DNA of 64,000 nt, from NCBI GenBank assembly GCA_965213685.1, contig CBDBZY010000024.1:1-64000 (forward strand). The letters are read 5' to 3'. The stretch is from a bacterium. GTDB lineage: Bacteria; UBA8248. The position numbers and the translations under genes are program-made. Of the stretch, positions 30,975-40,534 are shown one piece after another (positions within the stretch are counted from its first letter, which is position 1; each line of letters begins with the position of its first letter). The notes below the pieces were generated by a model. That model was not told the DNA's origin, ran no database searches, and worked only from the letters and a program-made list of their open reading frames with translations.

Positions 30975-31949
30975 TCACGGGGTCAAGACCACCTTGCCCA
31001 GAAACTGCCCCTCCAAAACGTAATCATGCACCTCGTTGGCGTCCTCAAATTTCGACGCCCGGTCGACGTTGATCCGGAACGCCCCCTCCCGCAGCAAGGG
31101 CGTGAAGCGGCGCACCAGCTCCGGCATCTTCGGGAACAGGTTCACCACCGCCAGGCCGAGCACCACCGCGTCTTTCGTCATGACGGCGGGCACCCGAAAC
31201 TCCGCGCCCGGGCCTTTGCCCGTGCCCGTGCCGATGACGATGATTCTCCCGTCCACGCGGATGGCGTCCAAATCCTTGTCGAAATTGTCGCACGCGCAAA
31301 GCTCCACGACGACGTCGACGCCGCGCCCGCCGGTGAGCTCCATGCAGCGCTCGGCGAAATCCTCCTCGCGGTAGTTGATCGTCTCGTCCGCGCCCAGGCT
31401 CCGGCAAAACTCCGCCTTTCTCTCCGAACTCACCGTGGCGAAAACGCGGCATCCCAGGCGCTTGGCGAGCTGGACGGCCGCCATGCCGACGCCCCCCGCG
31501 CCCCCCTGGACGAGCACCGTCTCGCCGGCTCCCGCCCGCGCCTTGATGACGAGCGCGTTCCAGGCCGTATAGAACGCCACCGTGACGCACGCCCCCTCCT
31601 CGTAGGAGTAGGCGTCGGGCAACTCGGCGGCGGCGTCGGCCACCAGCCGCACGCACTCGGCGTAGCCCCCGCCCACGGCCCGGCCATACACGCGCTGCCC
31701 GATCCGCCAGCCCTCCACGCCCTCTCCCAGGGCGATGATATCTCCCGCCGCCTCCGCCCCCGGGACGTAGGGGGGCGTCACCAGCCTGGCGTAGGGGTGC
31801 TTGGCGGCCCGTATGGCCAAATCCACCGGATTGACGCCGACGGCGCGGGCGCGTATCAGCACCTCGCCGGGCTGCGGCGTCGCGTCGGCCACGTCATCCA
31901 CCCGCATGGGAACATCCATGTTGAATTCATGCACGCGCACGGCTTTCAT
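30975..31949 (-). CDS. NADPH:quinone reductase (tandem paralog)
   Basis: MKAVRVHEF, GVNPVD, GGYAE, QGGAGGVG, GKVVL. Confidence 0.9.
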   Translation of the reverse strand: MKAVRVHEFNMDVPMRVDDVADATPQPGEVLIRARAVGVNPVDLAIRAAKHPYARLVTPPYVPGAEAAGDIIALGEGVEGWRIGQRVYGRAVGGGYAECVRLVADAAAELPDAYSYEEGACVTVAFYTAWNALVIKARAGAGETVLVQGGAGGVGMAAVQLAKRLGCRVFATVSSERKAEFCRSLGADETINYREEDFAERCMELTGGRGVDVVVELCACDNFDKDLDAIRVDGRIIVIGTGTGKGPGAEFRVPAVMTKDAVVLGLAVVNLFPKMPELVRRFTPLLREGAFRINVDRASKFEDANEVHDYVLEGQFLGKVVLTP

Positions 31950-32076
31950 CAGAATCCTCACTCCTCCGTATCGGGAACCGGCAAGAACCATCCAACCATC
32001 AGACAAACGTCACAGACAAAACGGAAAGAGGCGCACGCCCCTACCTGTGGACGCGCGCGCAGAAGCTTTTATTTTT

Positions 32077-32973
32077 TTAATAGTCCGGCGCCCAGCTTCT
32101 GCGGCGCCTCTCGCCCGCATCACACGGCGGAGCCGACCTCGACACGAGAACCGGGACGCGCTTTGCGCGCTGCGCGGCGTCGGGCGCCTGGCGCGGCCCT
32201 CTCCTCCTCTCCGGCAAGCCGACAATCTCCAGAATCAGCTTTCTCCGTATGGCGCGCCCGAAAGACCCGAAGTCCTTCGCCACCACCAGGAACGCGCGCC
32301 TGCCGCCGATGACGCATTTTCGATAATACAAATCCAGATGCGCCATCGGGGCTCGTCCCCAGGGACTCGGCCGGCTGTTCACGATGGGAAGGCCGTTGAT
32401 CGTCACCCCCGCCCGCAGGGCCTTTTCCCGCGCCGTGGTTACGTAGTCTCCGCTGTTGTTCGGCCCGTCGCCGGAAATGTCGATGATGCGGCGTTCGCCC
32501 ATGAATCCGTTATTATCGAACAGCGGCAACGAAAATTCTATCGCGCCGCTGATGGACGTGTAGGGGCCTGACCCCACCGGTTTTTCCGCGAGAAGGGCGG
32601 CGAACTCCCCGGCGCTCGCCTTGTCGTGAATCTGCCTCCAGCCCACCACGCTGACCTGCCAATCAGAGCCGGCCCATTCCACATAGGTGACCGCGATGCG
32701 CTTGTGCCGGCCCGATTGAATGGCGCGCAGGACGGAGGGGGAGCGAAAGGCGTCCACGTATCCCATCCGCTGGAGCCTGCCCTCCTCCTCATCCACGCTC
32801 CCGGAGACGTCGACGGCCAGGACCAGCTCCAAATCCACGCGGAGCGGGGCGGACCACGCGACGACCACGCCCGGGAGAATGGCGAGCAACCCCAGGAGAA
32901 CCGCCAGGCACATGCGTCGGGCCGGGCGGATCGCCGCCGCGCTCCCGTATGATCCGAACCATCGGAAAGTCAT
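32077..32973 (-). CDS. DUF1194-family secreted VWA-like protein
   Basis: VDLELVLAVDVSGSVD, YVEWAG, IDISGDGPNN, INGLPI, VIGG. Confidence 0.88.
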   Translation of the reverse strand: MTFRWFGSYGSAAAIRPARRMCLAVLLGLLAILPGVVVAWSAPLRVDLELVLAVDVSGSVDEEEGRLQRMGYVDAFRSPSVLRAIQSGRHKRIAVTYVEWAGSDWQVSVVGWRQIHDKASAGEFAALLAEKPVGSGPYTSISGAIEFSLPLFDNNGFMGERRIIDISGDGPNNSGDYVTTAREKALRAGVTINGLPIVNSRPSPWGRAPMAHLDLYYRKCVIGGRRAFLVVAKDFGSFGRAIRRKLILEIVGLPERRRGPRQAPDAAQRAKRVPVLVSRSAPPCDAGERRRRSWAPDY

Positions 32974-33051
32974 TCTCCCCCCAAGGCGTCGGGAATGGAT
33001 TTCACTGCGAGACAAAATCTTTCCGAACAAACATATGGAGACGGACATAGC

Positions 33052-33131
33052 GGGCCACTCGTGGTGGCCCAGGTGGGCGTCACGCCTAAAATCGCAGCCG
33101 CCTTTCGGGGCGGTTGGCGCGGCGCCCACCT
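33052..33131. other. highly structured palindromic element
   Basis: Hairpin gggccac/gtggccc followed by ~15-bp stem 33071-33085/33117-33131 enclosing a UUCG-capped inner stem. Confidence 0.5.
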
Positions 33132-33147
33132 CACAATCTAGAAGCCA

Positions 33148-33489
33148 CTAGCATCCAGGTTTCACTTCCTCGTTGATAGGTTTCATGTAGATAGGTTTCA
33201 TTTCCTCGTAGAGCGTCGTGATGTAGCTGAGAATAATGTCATTTACCATATCCTCTGTGACGATCGACCCATAGAGCTGATATTTCCCCGACGAGAGAAA
33301 CATCCCTCCTCGTTTGATTTTCTCGACCGCCTCCCTCCATTTTTCTTGACCTTCCACAGGAGGGCAGACGATGCGACACCAATGACCCGGAGAGCAGATC
33401 ACGATGGCCCTGCTGATGGGTGGGGTTTTCTCTTCGGCCCAAGCAGGGAGCGAGAGCAGGAAAACGGCGACAGCGAGCATAATTTTCAT
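33148..33489 (-). CDS. small secreted hypothetical protein
   Basis: Signal peptide MKIMLAVAVFLLSLPAWA; CSPGHWCRIVC; lower GC. Confidence 0.65.
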   Translation of the reverse strand: MKIMLAVAVFLLSLPAWAEEKTPPISRAIVICSPGHWCRIVCPPVEGQEKWREAVEKIKRGGMFLSSGKYQLYGSIVTEDMVNDIILSYITTLYEEMKPIYMKPINEEVKPGC

Positions 33490-34221
33490 TTCAGTTTCCT
33501 CACACCATTTTTGAAGGGCATAAGAGGCCCCCGGGGACGCCCTGGCCCCGGGGTTAAGACACCACGCAACGAGCGTGTGCTAAAAACGCATCCGCTTCAC
33601 CCGGGAGATATAACGTGCGCTTCGGAACGAGCGGTGCCCCGGCCTCCGGTTTTCGCCCACCCTCGGAATCGCCCGGGGCGCGGTCGCAACGCGCGACCCG
33701 CCATGAGAAGAGCGCCCTCGCGCGCGTCCTCCGGATTTTCACGCAGCAGGCCCTCGGCGGGGGGAGAGAGGGCGCGCGCGCCCTGAGAGGCGCTTTTGCG
33801 CCATGCCCGGCGGCGATGATGGGCCGCGCGCTGAAAATCGTCCGGCAGAATCCGAGAGGCGGACGCCTTCAGGAAACGCCCTTCCGGGTGCTCCGGCGGT
33901 GCAGATATGATTTGAGTAAATGTATCCAACGCTTCAGAATGATGGCCGGCGGCGAGGCGACGAAGCCCGGGACGAACCGATTTCTCATCGGCGGGCGCGC
34001 CGCGGGACGCGCTCGCGCAGGTGGCGAAGATGAGGAGAAAACCAGACATCTTCATCCAGCGGGGCATGGCGCATCCTCCGTTGCGCGACACGCTATCAGC
34101 CGGATGCGGAGCGGGGCAAGCGCCCCTGCGAAATCCCCTCTCCTCCCCCCCCCCCCCCGCGCGCGGAGCGGGCGCGCCGCGACTCCGGGGGTTCCGGGAT
34201 TCCCTCCACACGGAGCCGGGC

Positions 34222-35550
34222 ATGTCGGACATGATGCAACCTCCGGACGCGGTGCTCGCCATTTTGCGGACCCTCCGGGCCTCGGGGCACAGGGCGCTTC
34301 TCGCGGGGGGATGCGTGCGGGACGCCCTCCTCGGCCGCCAGCCCGCGGACTGGGACATCGCCACGGACGCAACGCCGCAGATGGTGGCGGAGTGCTTCGA
34401 GAAAACCGTGATGGTGGGAGCGCAGTTCGGCGTGGTGCGCGTGCGCGTGGGTGCGCAAGAGTTCGAGGTGGCGCAATTCCGGGAGGATGACGCCTACCGG
34501 GACGGGAGACGCCCCAGCGCGGTTCGCCCCTCCAACGAGGCGGAGGACGCGAAGCGGCGCGATTTCACCATCAACGGCATGTTCTACGACGTCTCCGAGG
34601 ATCGGGTGCTCGATTACGTCGGCGGCCTGCGCGACCTGGAGAGTGGAACGATTCGCGCCATCGGGGAGCCGCACCTCCGCTTCCAGGAAGACCATTTGCG
34701 TATGATGCGGGCGGTGCGCCTCTCGGCGCGGCTCGGTTTCGAGGTCGAACCGGCGACCGCCGCCGCCATCCGGGACAACGCGCGGCGCATCGCGAAAATC
34801 AGCCCCGAGCGGATTCGGGACGAGCTGACGAGAATGCTGACCCAGGAGAGGCCGGAGGCTTCCTTCTCCATGCTGGATTCCCTGGGACTTCTCAAACACA
34901 CGTTGCCCGAAGTCGCCGCCTTGCGCGGCGTGGCACAGCCGCCGGAATTCCACCCCGAGGGCGACGTCTGGACGCACGTCCTGATCATGCTGCGCATCAA
35001 GCACTCCGCCTCGCCCGCCCTGTCCTGGGCCGTGTTGCTCCACGACGTCGGCAAGCCCGCCACGTACAGAAAGACCGACCGAATCCGCTTCAACGGACAC
35101 GACAAGGCGGGGGCGCGGATGAGCCGCGCCATTTGCGAGAGGCTTCGCATGTCCAGGGCGCGCGCGGCGAGAATCGAGGAGCTGGTCGCCAACCACATGC
35201 GCTTCCTGAACGTGGAGAAAATGCGGGAGAGCCGCCTGAAGCGATTTTTGCGCGCGCCCTATTTCGAGGAGTTGCTGGAGCTGCATCGCATCGACTGCCT
35301 CGCCAGCAACGGCGATTTGCGAACCCATGCGTTCTGTGCGCGAAAACTGCGCGCGCTTCACGAGGAATCCCTGCGACCGCCGCGCCTGCTGGATGGCCAC
35401 AAACTCATGCGCATGGGCTATCCGCCAGGGCCCGGGCTCGAGAAAATCCTCCGGGCGATAGAGGACGAGCAGCTCGAAGGGCGCATCTCCACCACGGAGC
35501 AGGCCAGGGATTTCGCAAGGGGGAATTTTCCCGTTCCGGACGATCGTTGA
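34222..35550 (+). CDS. CCA tRNA nucleotidyltransferase/poly(A) polymerase family with HD domain
   Basis: GGCVRDALLG, DWDIAT, RRDFTIN, EDHLRMMRAVR, FHPEGDVWTH, LLHDVGKP. Confidence 0.93.
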   Translation: MSDMMQPPDAVLAILRTLRASGHRALLAGGCVRDALLGRQPADWDIATDATPQMVAECFEKTVMVGAQFGVVRVRVGAQEFEVAQFREDDAYRDGRRPSAVRPSNEAEDAKRRDFTINGMFYDVSEDRVLDYVGGLRDLESGTIRAIGEPHLRFQEDHLRMMRAVRLSARLGFEVEPATAAAIRDNARRIAKISPERIRDELTRMLTQERPEASFSMLDSLGLLKHTLPEVAALRGVAQPPEFHPEGDVWTHVLIMLRIKHSASPALSWAVLLHDVGKPATYRKTDRIRFNGHDKAGARMSRAICERLRMSRARAARIEELVANHMRFLNVEKMRESRLKRFLRAPYFEELLELHRIDCLASNGDLRTHAFCARKLRALHEESLRPPRLLDGHKLMRMGYPPGPGLEKILRAIEDEQLEGRISTTEQARDFARGNFPVPDDR

Positions 35551-35612
35551 TTGATTCCGGAGACCGCAGGCGACAGGATGCGGCGCATCGCTCACCGGCA
35601 ACGCGGAGGAGA

Positions 35613-35726
35613 CCATTCATGACTCCCCTATCCATCATGACGGCACAGGCCGGGTCAGCCAGGGCGAATTCTGGACGATCCGGAACGCCCCATCCATGAC
35701 TCCCGTCCCCATCATGACGGCACAGG
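35613..35726 (+). repeat. imperfect ~37-nt direct repeat duplicating the start of the second pyrR
   Basis: ccattcatgactcccctatccatcatgacggcacagg (35613) vs ccatccatgactcccgtccccatcatgacggcacagg (35690). Confidence 0.8.
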
Positions 35727-36241
35727 AGCTGGAGTTATCGCTCCGAAGAATCGCCTCCGAGATGGTGGAGGCGTGCGCCGGGGACGGGAGCATCGCACTC
35801 GTCGGGGTGCGCACGCGCGGGGAGCACCTGGCCAGACGCCTCCGGCAACACGTCGAGGAACTCGAACATATCACCCCTCCCCTCGGCACCCTCGACATCG
35901 GGATTCATCGAGACGATGCGGGACACCCCGCGGAGGGGCGCCGTTTCGAGCCGACCCTCATCGATTTCGACATCACGGACCGCCAGGTTTTTCTGGTCGA
36001 CGACGTATGCTTCACGGGCAGAACCGTGCGCGCGGCACTCGACGCCATGATGGAGTTGGGGCGGCCCCGGAGAATCTGGCTCGCCGCCCTGATAGACAGG
36101 GGACACCGGGAGCTGCCGTTTCGGCCCGACTTCATCGGCAAAAACGTGCCCACCTCTCTTCAGGAGCGCATCGAGGTGCGGATGCGGGAGGTGGATGGCG
36201 AGGACGGCGTGTGGCTCGTCCAAAAACAATCCCCCCGATGA
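35696..36241 (+). CDS. pyrR: second PyrR/uracil phosphoribosyltransferase homolog
   Basis: GVRTRG, LDIGIHRDD, LVDDVCFTGRTVRAALD, IDRGHRELPFRPDFIGK. Confidence 0.88.
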   Translation: MTPVPIMTAQELELSLRRIASEMVEACAGDGSIALVGVRTRGEHLARRLRQHVEELEHITPPLGTLDIGIHRDDAGHPAEGRRFEPTLIDFDITDRQVFLVDDVCFTGRTVRAALDAMMELGRPRRIWLAALIDRGHRELPFRPDFIGKNVPTSLQERIEVRMREVDGEDGVWLVQKQSPR

Positions 36242-36283
36242 GGGCGAAAACAACGGCGCGCCCTCTCCTTTCGGGGCCGCCGC

Positions 36284-37160
36284 TCACCTCGCCCGCCAGA
36301 GAATGGCCGCCATCCCCACAAACACGAGGAGGGCGCCCGCCGTTTTCGGCCAGGTGATCTCCTCCTCCTCCCGGAGCCAGATGCGCGCCAGCAGCAGGGA
36401 GAACAGCGGCGCCGTATAGCTGACGGGCCATGACGATGAACACCTCCCCGTATTGAAACGCGGAGAAAAACGCCAGATACGCCGCGGCGTTGACGGCCCC
36501 CGCCAGGGCGAACCACTTGAGTCCGACCCTGTCCATCCGGAAACGCTCGGCCGGCGGCAGGGCGGGGGCGAACAGCAGGAGCGTGGGCAGGGAGACGACG
36601 TTCGCGATGGTCGCGCCGATGAGGGGATCGCCATACAGAAGCAGTCCATAGCGCCTCGAGGAGGACGCCACCGCCATGACGGCGGCGTGGAGGAAGGGAT
36701 ACACCATGTGCACCCGCCTCCAGTCGGAGTCGCCCTCGGGCTTGATCGTCAGAAACAGGCAGCCCGCCATCACGAAAAAGATGGCGACCCAAATCGCCGG
36801 GCCCGGCCTCTCCCCGAGCCACGCGATCGACACCAGGGCGGACAGGAACGGGGTAATCGTCACCAAGGGCATGGTCCGACCGACGCCGATGGTGCGGAAG
36901 CCCAGAAAAAGAAGAAAGCGGCTGAACCCCGGCGCCAGGATTCCGCCCAGGACGAACCAGAGCGCCGCCCGGGGGGAAAGCTGGCTCCAGCTGGAGAAAA
37001 CGAGAGAGAGGCCCCCCAGAATCGGAACCCCGATGGCCAGCCCGATGATGGCGCCGACGTAGGGAGAGGTGCCCCCCAGCCCCTTGCGCGCAATGACGCT
37101 GAACACGGCGAACAGAACCGCCGACGCCAGGCTCAGGGATATGGCGAGATAATGATCCAA
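36284..37160 (-). CDS. DMT/EamA-family transporter (frameshift near 36430)
   Basis: About ten hydrophobic segments in two repeats, LGERP motif. Confidence 0.8.
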
Positions 37161-37286
37161 TCAGCAGGCCTGCGGGAAGACGTAGGGGGGCGGCGAAAAC
37201 CGGCACAGTGGGGGCTTCCTCCCCTCCCTCGCGCACCGGCGTCCATCCGCAGGGGCGGTGCGCCCCGGTTTTCCGGGTCGCGGCAC

Positions 37287-38508
37287 CTAGTAATACACCT
37301 GCCCGGGACGCACGGGCGGCGTCCACTCGCACGCCCCGAACGGCCCGTCCCCGCTCTCCTTCACGTAGGCGATGCGGGCATCGTTCGCCTGCCCGTCCAT
37401 CAAGGCGCGATGCAGCCAATCCAGAATATACTGGTGGTTGTCCATGCCGCCCAAATTCTTCAGGCTGACCAGGGGGTGGAACTGGTTCTCGAACACCCAC
37501 ATTTCCTTTTTGCACGTCAGGTCCTCGTAGACCTCGATGGCGTCCTCCAGCGGGCAGAGCGGGTCGAATTCGCCCGTCACCAGAAGGGTGGGACACTGTA
37601 TCTTGTCCATGTAGCCCTTCACGGTCATATTTCGCGCCATCTCGTCAAACTCGCCCTCATCCTCCATGCCCGCCATATACATGAATATCTGCTTAAACCG
37701 GGGCGAGGACTGCGTGAAGATCGTGTTGTTCGGGTTGAAGCAGGCCACCGCACTCGCCACCGCGGCCGCGCGATGGTCGTAGCTCGCCAGGCGAAGCGAC
37801 CAGAAGCTGCCCATGCTGATGCCGTAGATGCCGATTTTGGTTGGCTCGATTTCCTCGCGGCCCAGGAGGTAGTCCATCACCGCGGCCCCTGCGCGCTCAT
37901 AGTTCTGCCCGACGGCGCGTATCTTCTGCATGTTGGAGTTCCCCTGCCCCGGGCCGTCCATCGCCAGGACGTGAAACCCCCGCTCCGCCGCGACGTTGTG
38001 CCTGGCGTGGGGGAAACACCTCCTTGGTCTGGTCCATTCCCGGCACGTAGATCACGCAAGGCGCCTTCCTGCGATCGGGCAGCAGATGCAGAAGACACGA
38101 TATGGTCTTGCCGTCGTCGAAGGGCACCTCGACGCGCTCGATGGGATAGGAGGCCGTCTCCGATCGCCTGTCCACCATCTCCTTGAGCTTGTTGGTGAGA
38201 TAGATTTTCACCGGGTTGTCGTCATAGAAAATCGGGTGCTGCGCCATGCGATACGCCTCGATCGCGTGGTCGTAGTGTTCCGTGGCCGTGGGGTGAAAGC
38301 CCTCGCGCTGCGCTTTCTTGGCGAGCTTCTCGTGGGCTTCGGCGGACTCCCGCCATACCTTGGGCAGCATCTGGTAGTTGTGGGCGCGGCTGCCTTGGGG
38401 TACCTCCAGATAATCCCGCTCGAAGTTCTGGACGCGGCCCCTCATGTTCAGGGCCAAATCGAGCATCCACTGCTGGTTGTCTCTTTCCGTGCGTAGTTTC
38501 CGAATCAT
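37287..38508 (-). CDS. alpha/beta hydrolase (FrsA / 2,6-dihydroxypseudooxynicotine hydrolase-like; frameshift near 38000)
   Basis: IERVEVPF, PGMDQTKE, DGPGQG, GISMG, GEFDPLCP. Confidence 0.8.
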
Positions 38509-38656
38509 TTTTCTCTCCAGGTTCTGACGAAGAAATAACCAAAGCGCCGCTCCGCATCATATAAAGCCGCTTCGCCGCATGGGGTTTCGGAAGATGCTAA
38601 GCGCGCCGCCCCCCGCCGGTCAATCGCACCCGACGCAAAAACGCAACAAACCCCGC

Positions 38657-39829
38657 TCAACGGATGACCCCCCGCCCCCTCAGATCGGCCATCTCCCGGT
38701 GCGAGCACCCCAACTCGCCCAGCACCTCGTCCGTATGCTCTCCCAGCTGCGGCGGCGGCCTGCGCACGGACGAGGGCGTCCTGTCGAGCTTCACGGGCAC
38801 GCCCGCCATCCGCAAGACGCCATATTCGGGATGCTCCGCCTGGGCGAGGTAGCCCATCGCCCGCATCTGCGCATCCTCGAACAGGTCCGCAGGCCTTCTC
38901 ACGCGCGCACAGGGCACGCCGACCGCCTCGAACCTGCGCACCCAGCTCTCGGCCGATGCGGTGCGCAAAACCTCCTGGACGCGGGGGATGATGCGCGCGC
39001 GCGCGGCGTGCCTTCCCCGAAACGCCCGCCAGTGCTCGTTTTCCAGCAGCCCCGGCAGTCCCAAAACCTCGCAGGACTTCTCCCAGAAGCCGTCCACGTC
39101 CATGTAGAGATAGACGTGTCCGTCGGAGGCCTCATAGATGCGGGCGATCCTGTCGCTCAGCGCGTCCTCCACCTTCGAGAGCGGCTCGCTGCCGGGCGCC
39201 CACACCAGACGGCCGAACTGGAGGGCGGCGGCCCCTCCGAGGAGCGAGGCGTCGATGCGCTGGCCCGCCCCTGTGCGCTCGCGCGCGTAAAGCGCCATCA
39301 TGACCGCGCCGAACGCCAGCGCACCCGTGACGTAATCGACAAAGGAGCCCTGCACGAGCTGGGGAGGGGCGCCCGCTCCCTGCTCGGCCGGAATGCCCGC
39401 CGTGGTCTGGATGATGGGGTCAATCCCCCTCCGCTCGCGCAGGGGGCCTCCCTGGCCGTAGGCGGAGACGGACAGATAAATCAGCCGGGGGTTTTCGCTC
39501 ATCAGCAGGTCCGCGCCCAGCCCCAGCTTCTCGACCGCCCCCGGGCGATAGCCCTCCACGAACACGTCCGCGCGCGCGGCCAACTCCCGGGCGATCTCCC
39601 TGCCCCGCTCCGCGCGCAGGTTGAGGGAGAGGCTCCTCTTGCTGCGGTTCAGTCCCAGGAACAGCCTGCTCTCCCCCTCGAACGATGAGGGAAAATTGCG
39701 GACGCGATCGCCCGCTGGCGGCTCCAGCTTGATGACGTCGGCGCCCGCGTCGCCCATCATCAACGTACAGAACGGGCCCGCCACGTAGTGCGTCAGGTCC
39801 AGCACCCGGATTCCGTCCAGTGCGCCCAT
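38657..39829 (-). CDS. family III CoA-transferase (CaiB/BaiF)
   Basis: LDGIRVLDLTHYVAGP, GADVIKLEPP, NRSKRSL, PPQLGEHT. Confidence 0.93.
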   Translation of the reverse strand: MGALDGIRVLDLTHYVAGPFCTLMMGDAGADVIKLEPPAGDRVRNFPSSFEGESRLFLGLNRSKRSLSLNLRAERGREIARELAARADVFVEGYRPGAVEKLGLGADLLMSENPRLIYLSVSAYGQGGPLRERRGIDPIIQTTAGIPAEQGAGAPPQLVQGSFVDYVTGALAFGAVMMALYARERTGAGQRIDASLLGGAAALQFGRLVWAPGSEPLSKVEDALSDRIARIYEASDGHVYLYMDVDGFWEKSCEVLGLPGLLENEHWRAFRGRHAARARIIPRVQEVLRTASAESWVRRFEAVGVPCARVRRPADLFEDAQMRAMGYLAQAEHPEYGVLRMAGVPVKLDRTPSSVRRPPPQLGEHTDEVLGELGCSHREMADLRGRGVIR

Positions 39830-39924
39830 GGTTTTCCTTGAAGTTTTTTGGATATTCCTATGTATTTGAATGATTTTCCTTTTTGTAAAGGGGGATAGAG
39901 TGGGCGGCTGGATTTCACTGGATT

Positions 39925-40260
39925 TCAATTACAGGTAAAAAGATGCTCCATGACCATGCATGCGCCGTCCCGGCAAGACACCGATCCGCTTGCGTAGATC
40001 TGGCAAGTCCTTTCGGCCCTCACGCACCACGAACTCACGAACTGCGCGTTCTTGCCATAGCGCACACAGCCTCTCTGTGCCTCGCTCCATATATGATTCG
40101 GCCGCGCCCACTCCCGGAATATGGTCTCCCTCACGTTTCGCACCCTCACCATTGAATCGTTGATATCGGATATGACCGGAGGATTCGGAGTCGTCATTCC
40201 AGCGCATCCGGACGCTATGAGCACCGTTGCGAGCGTCAGAGTCAAGAAGGTTTTCCTCAT
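39925..40260 (-). CDS. small Cys-rich lipoprotein
   Basis: Lipobox-like IASG-C; six further Cys; GGAGG RBS; lower GC. Confidence 0.65.
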   Translation of the reverse strand: MRKTFLTLTLATVLIASGCAGMTTPNPPVISDINDSMVRVRNVRETIFREWARPNHIWSEAQRGCVRYGKNAQFVSSWCVRAERTCQIYASGSVSCRDGACMVMEHLFTCN

Positions 40261-40534
40261 GTTCACCTCCTGAAAACCCTAGCTCTCGGACAAAGTCTCC
40301 GCCTTGAGCGAAAAGTGAAGTCCATTAGAAACCTTATGACGGACTCCAAATCTCCCTTATGAGAGGCCCCGCTCCAAGAGGAAAAGGGACTAGAGAGGGA
40401 GGCGGTTCATGCGTGGGGGCGGGCGCCTCCCCCACGATGAGGAAATATCTCCTCCCCGCCCCCGGCCGGATCGGCTCGTCACGCATGCGGGCGCACTGCT
40501 CGCTCGATGGGCCGTCCATGCGTCCGCTAGTCGT

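Noticed and set aside
33040-33150. Integron attC site or HDV-like ribozyme
   Set aside because: No convincing RYYYAAC/GTTRRRY ends, no integrase, and no nested double-pseudoknot pattern found by eye.
1-38100. Mass pseudogenisation or programmed frameshifting (carA, pyrC, pyrB, pyrR, mfd, yqeB, xdhC, comF, pdxA and others)
   Set aside because: Breaks are single-base indels, often in G/C runs, hit conserved housekeeping genes whose motifs remain intact, and vanish after ~38 kb. This fits uneven long-read consensus quality; read polishing would settle it.
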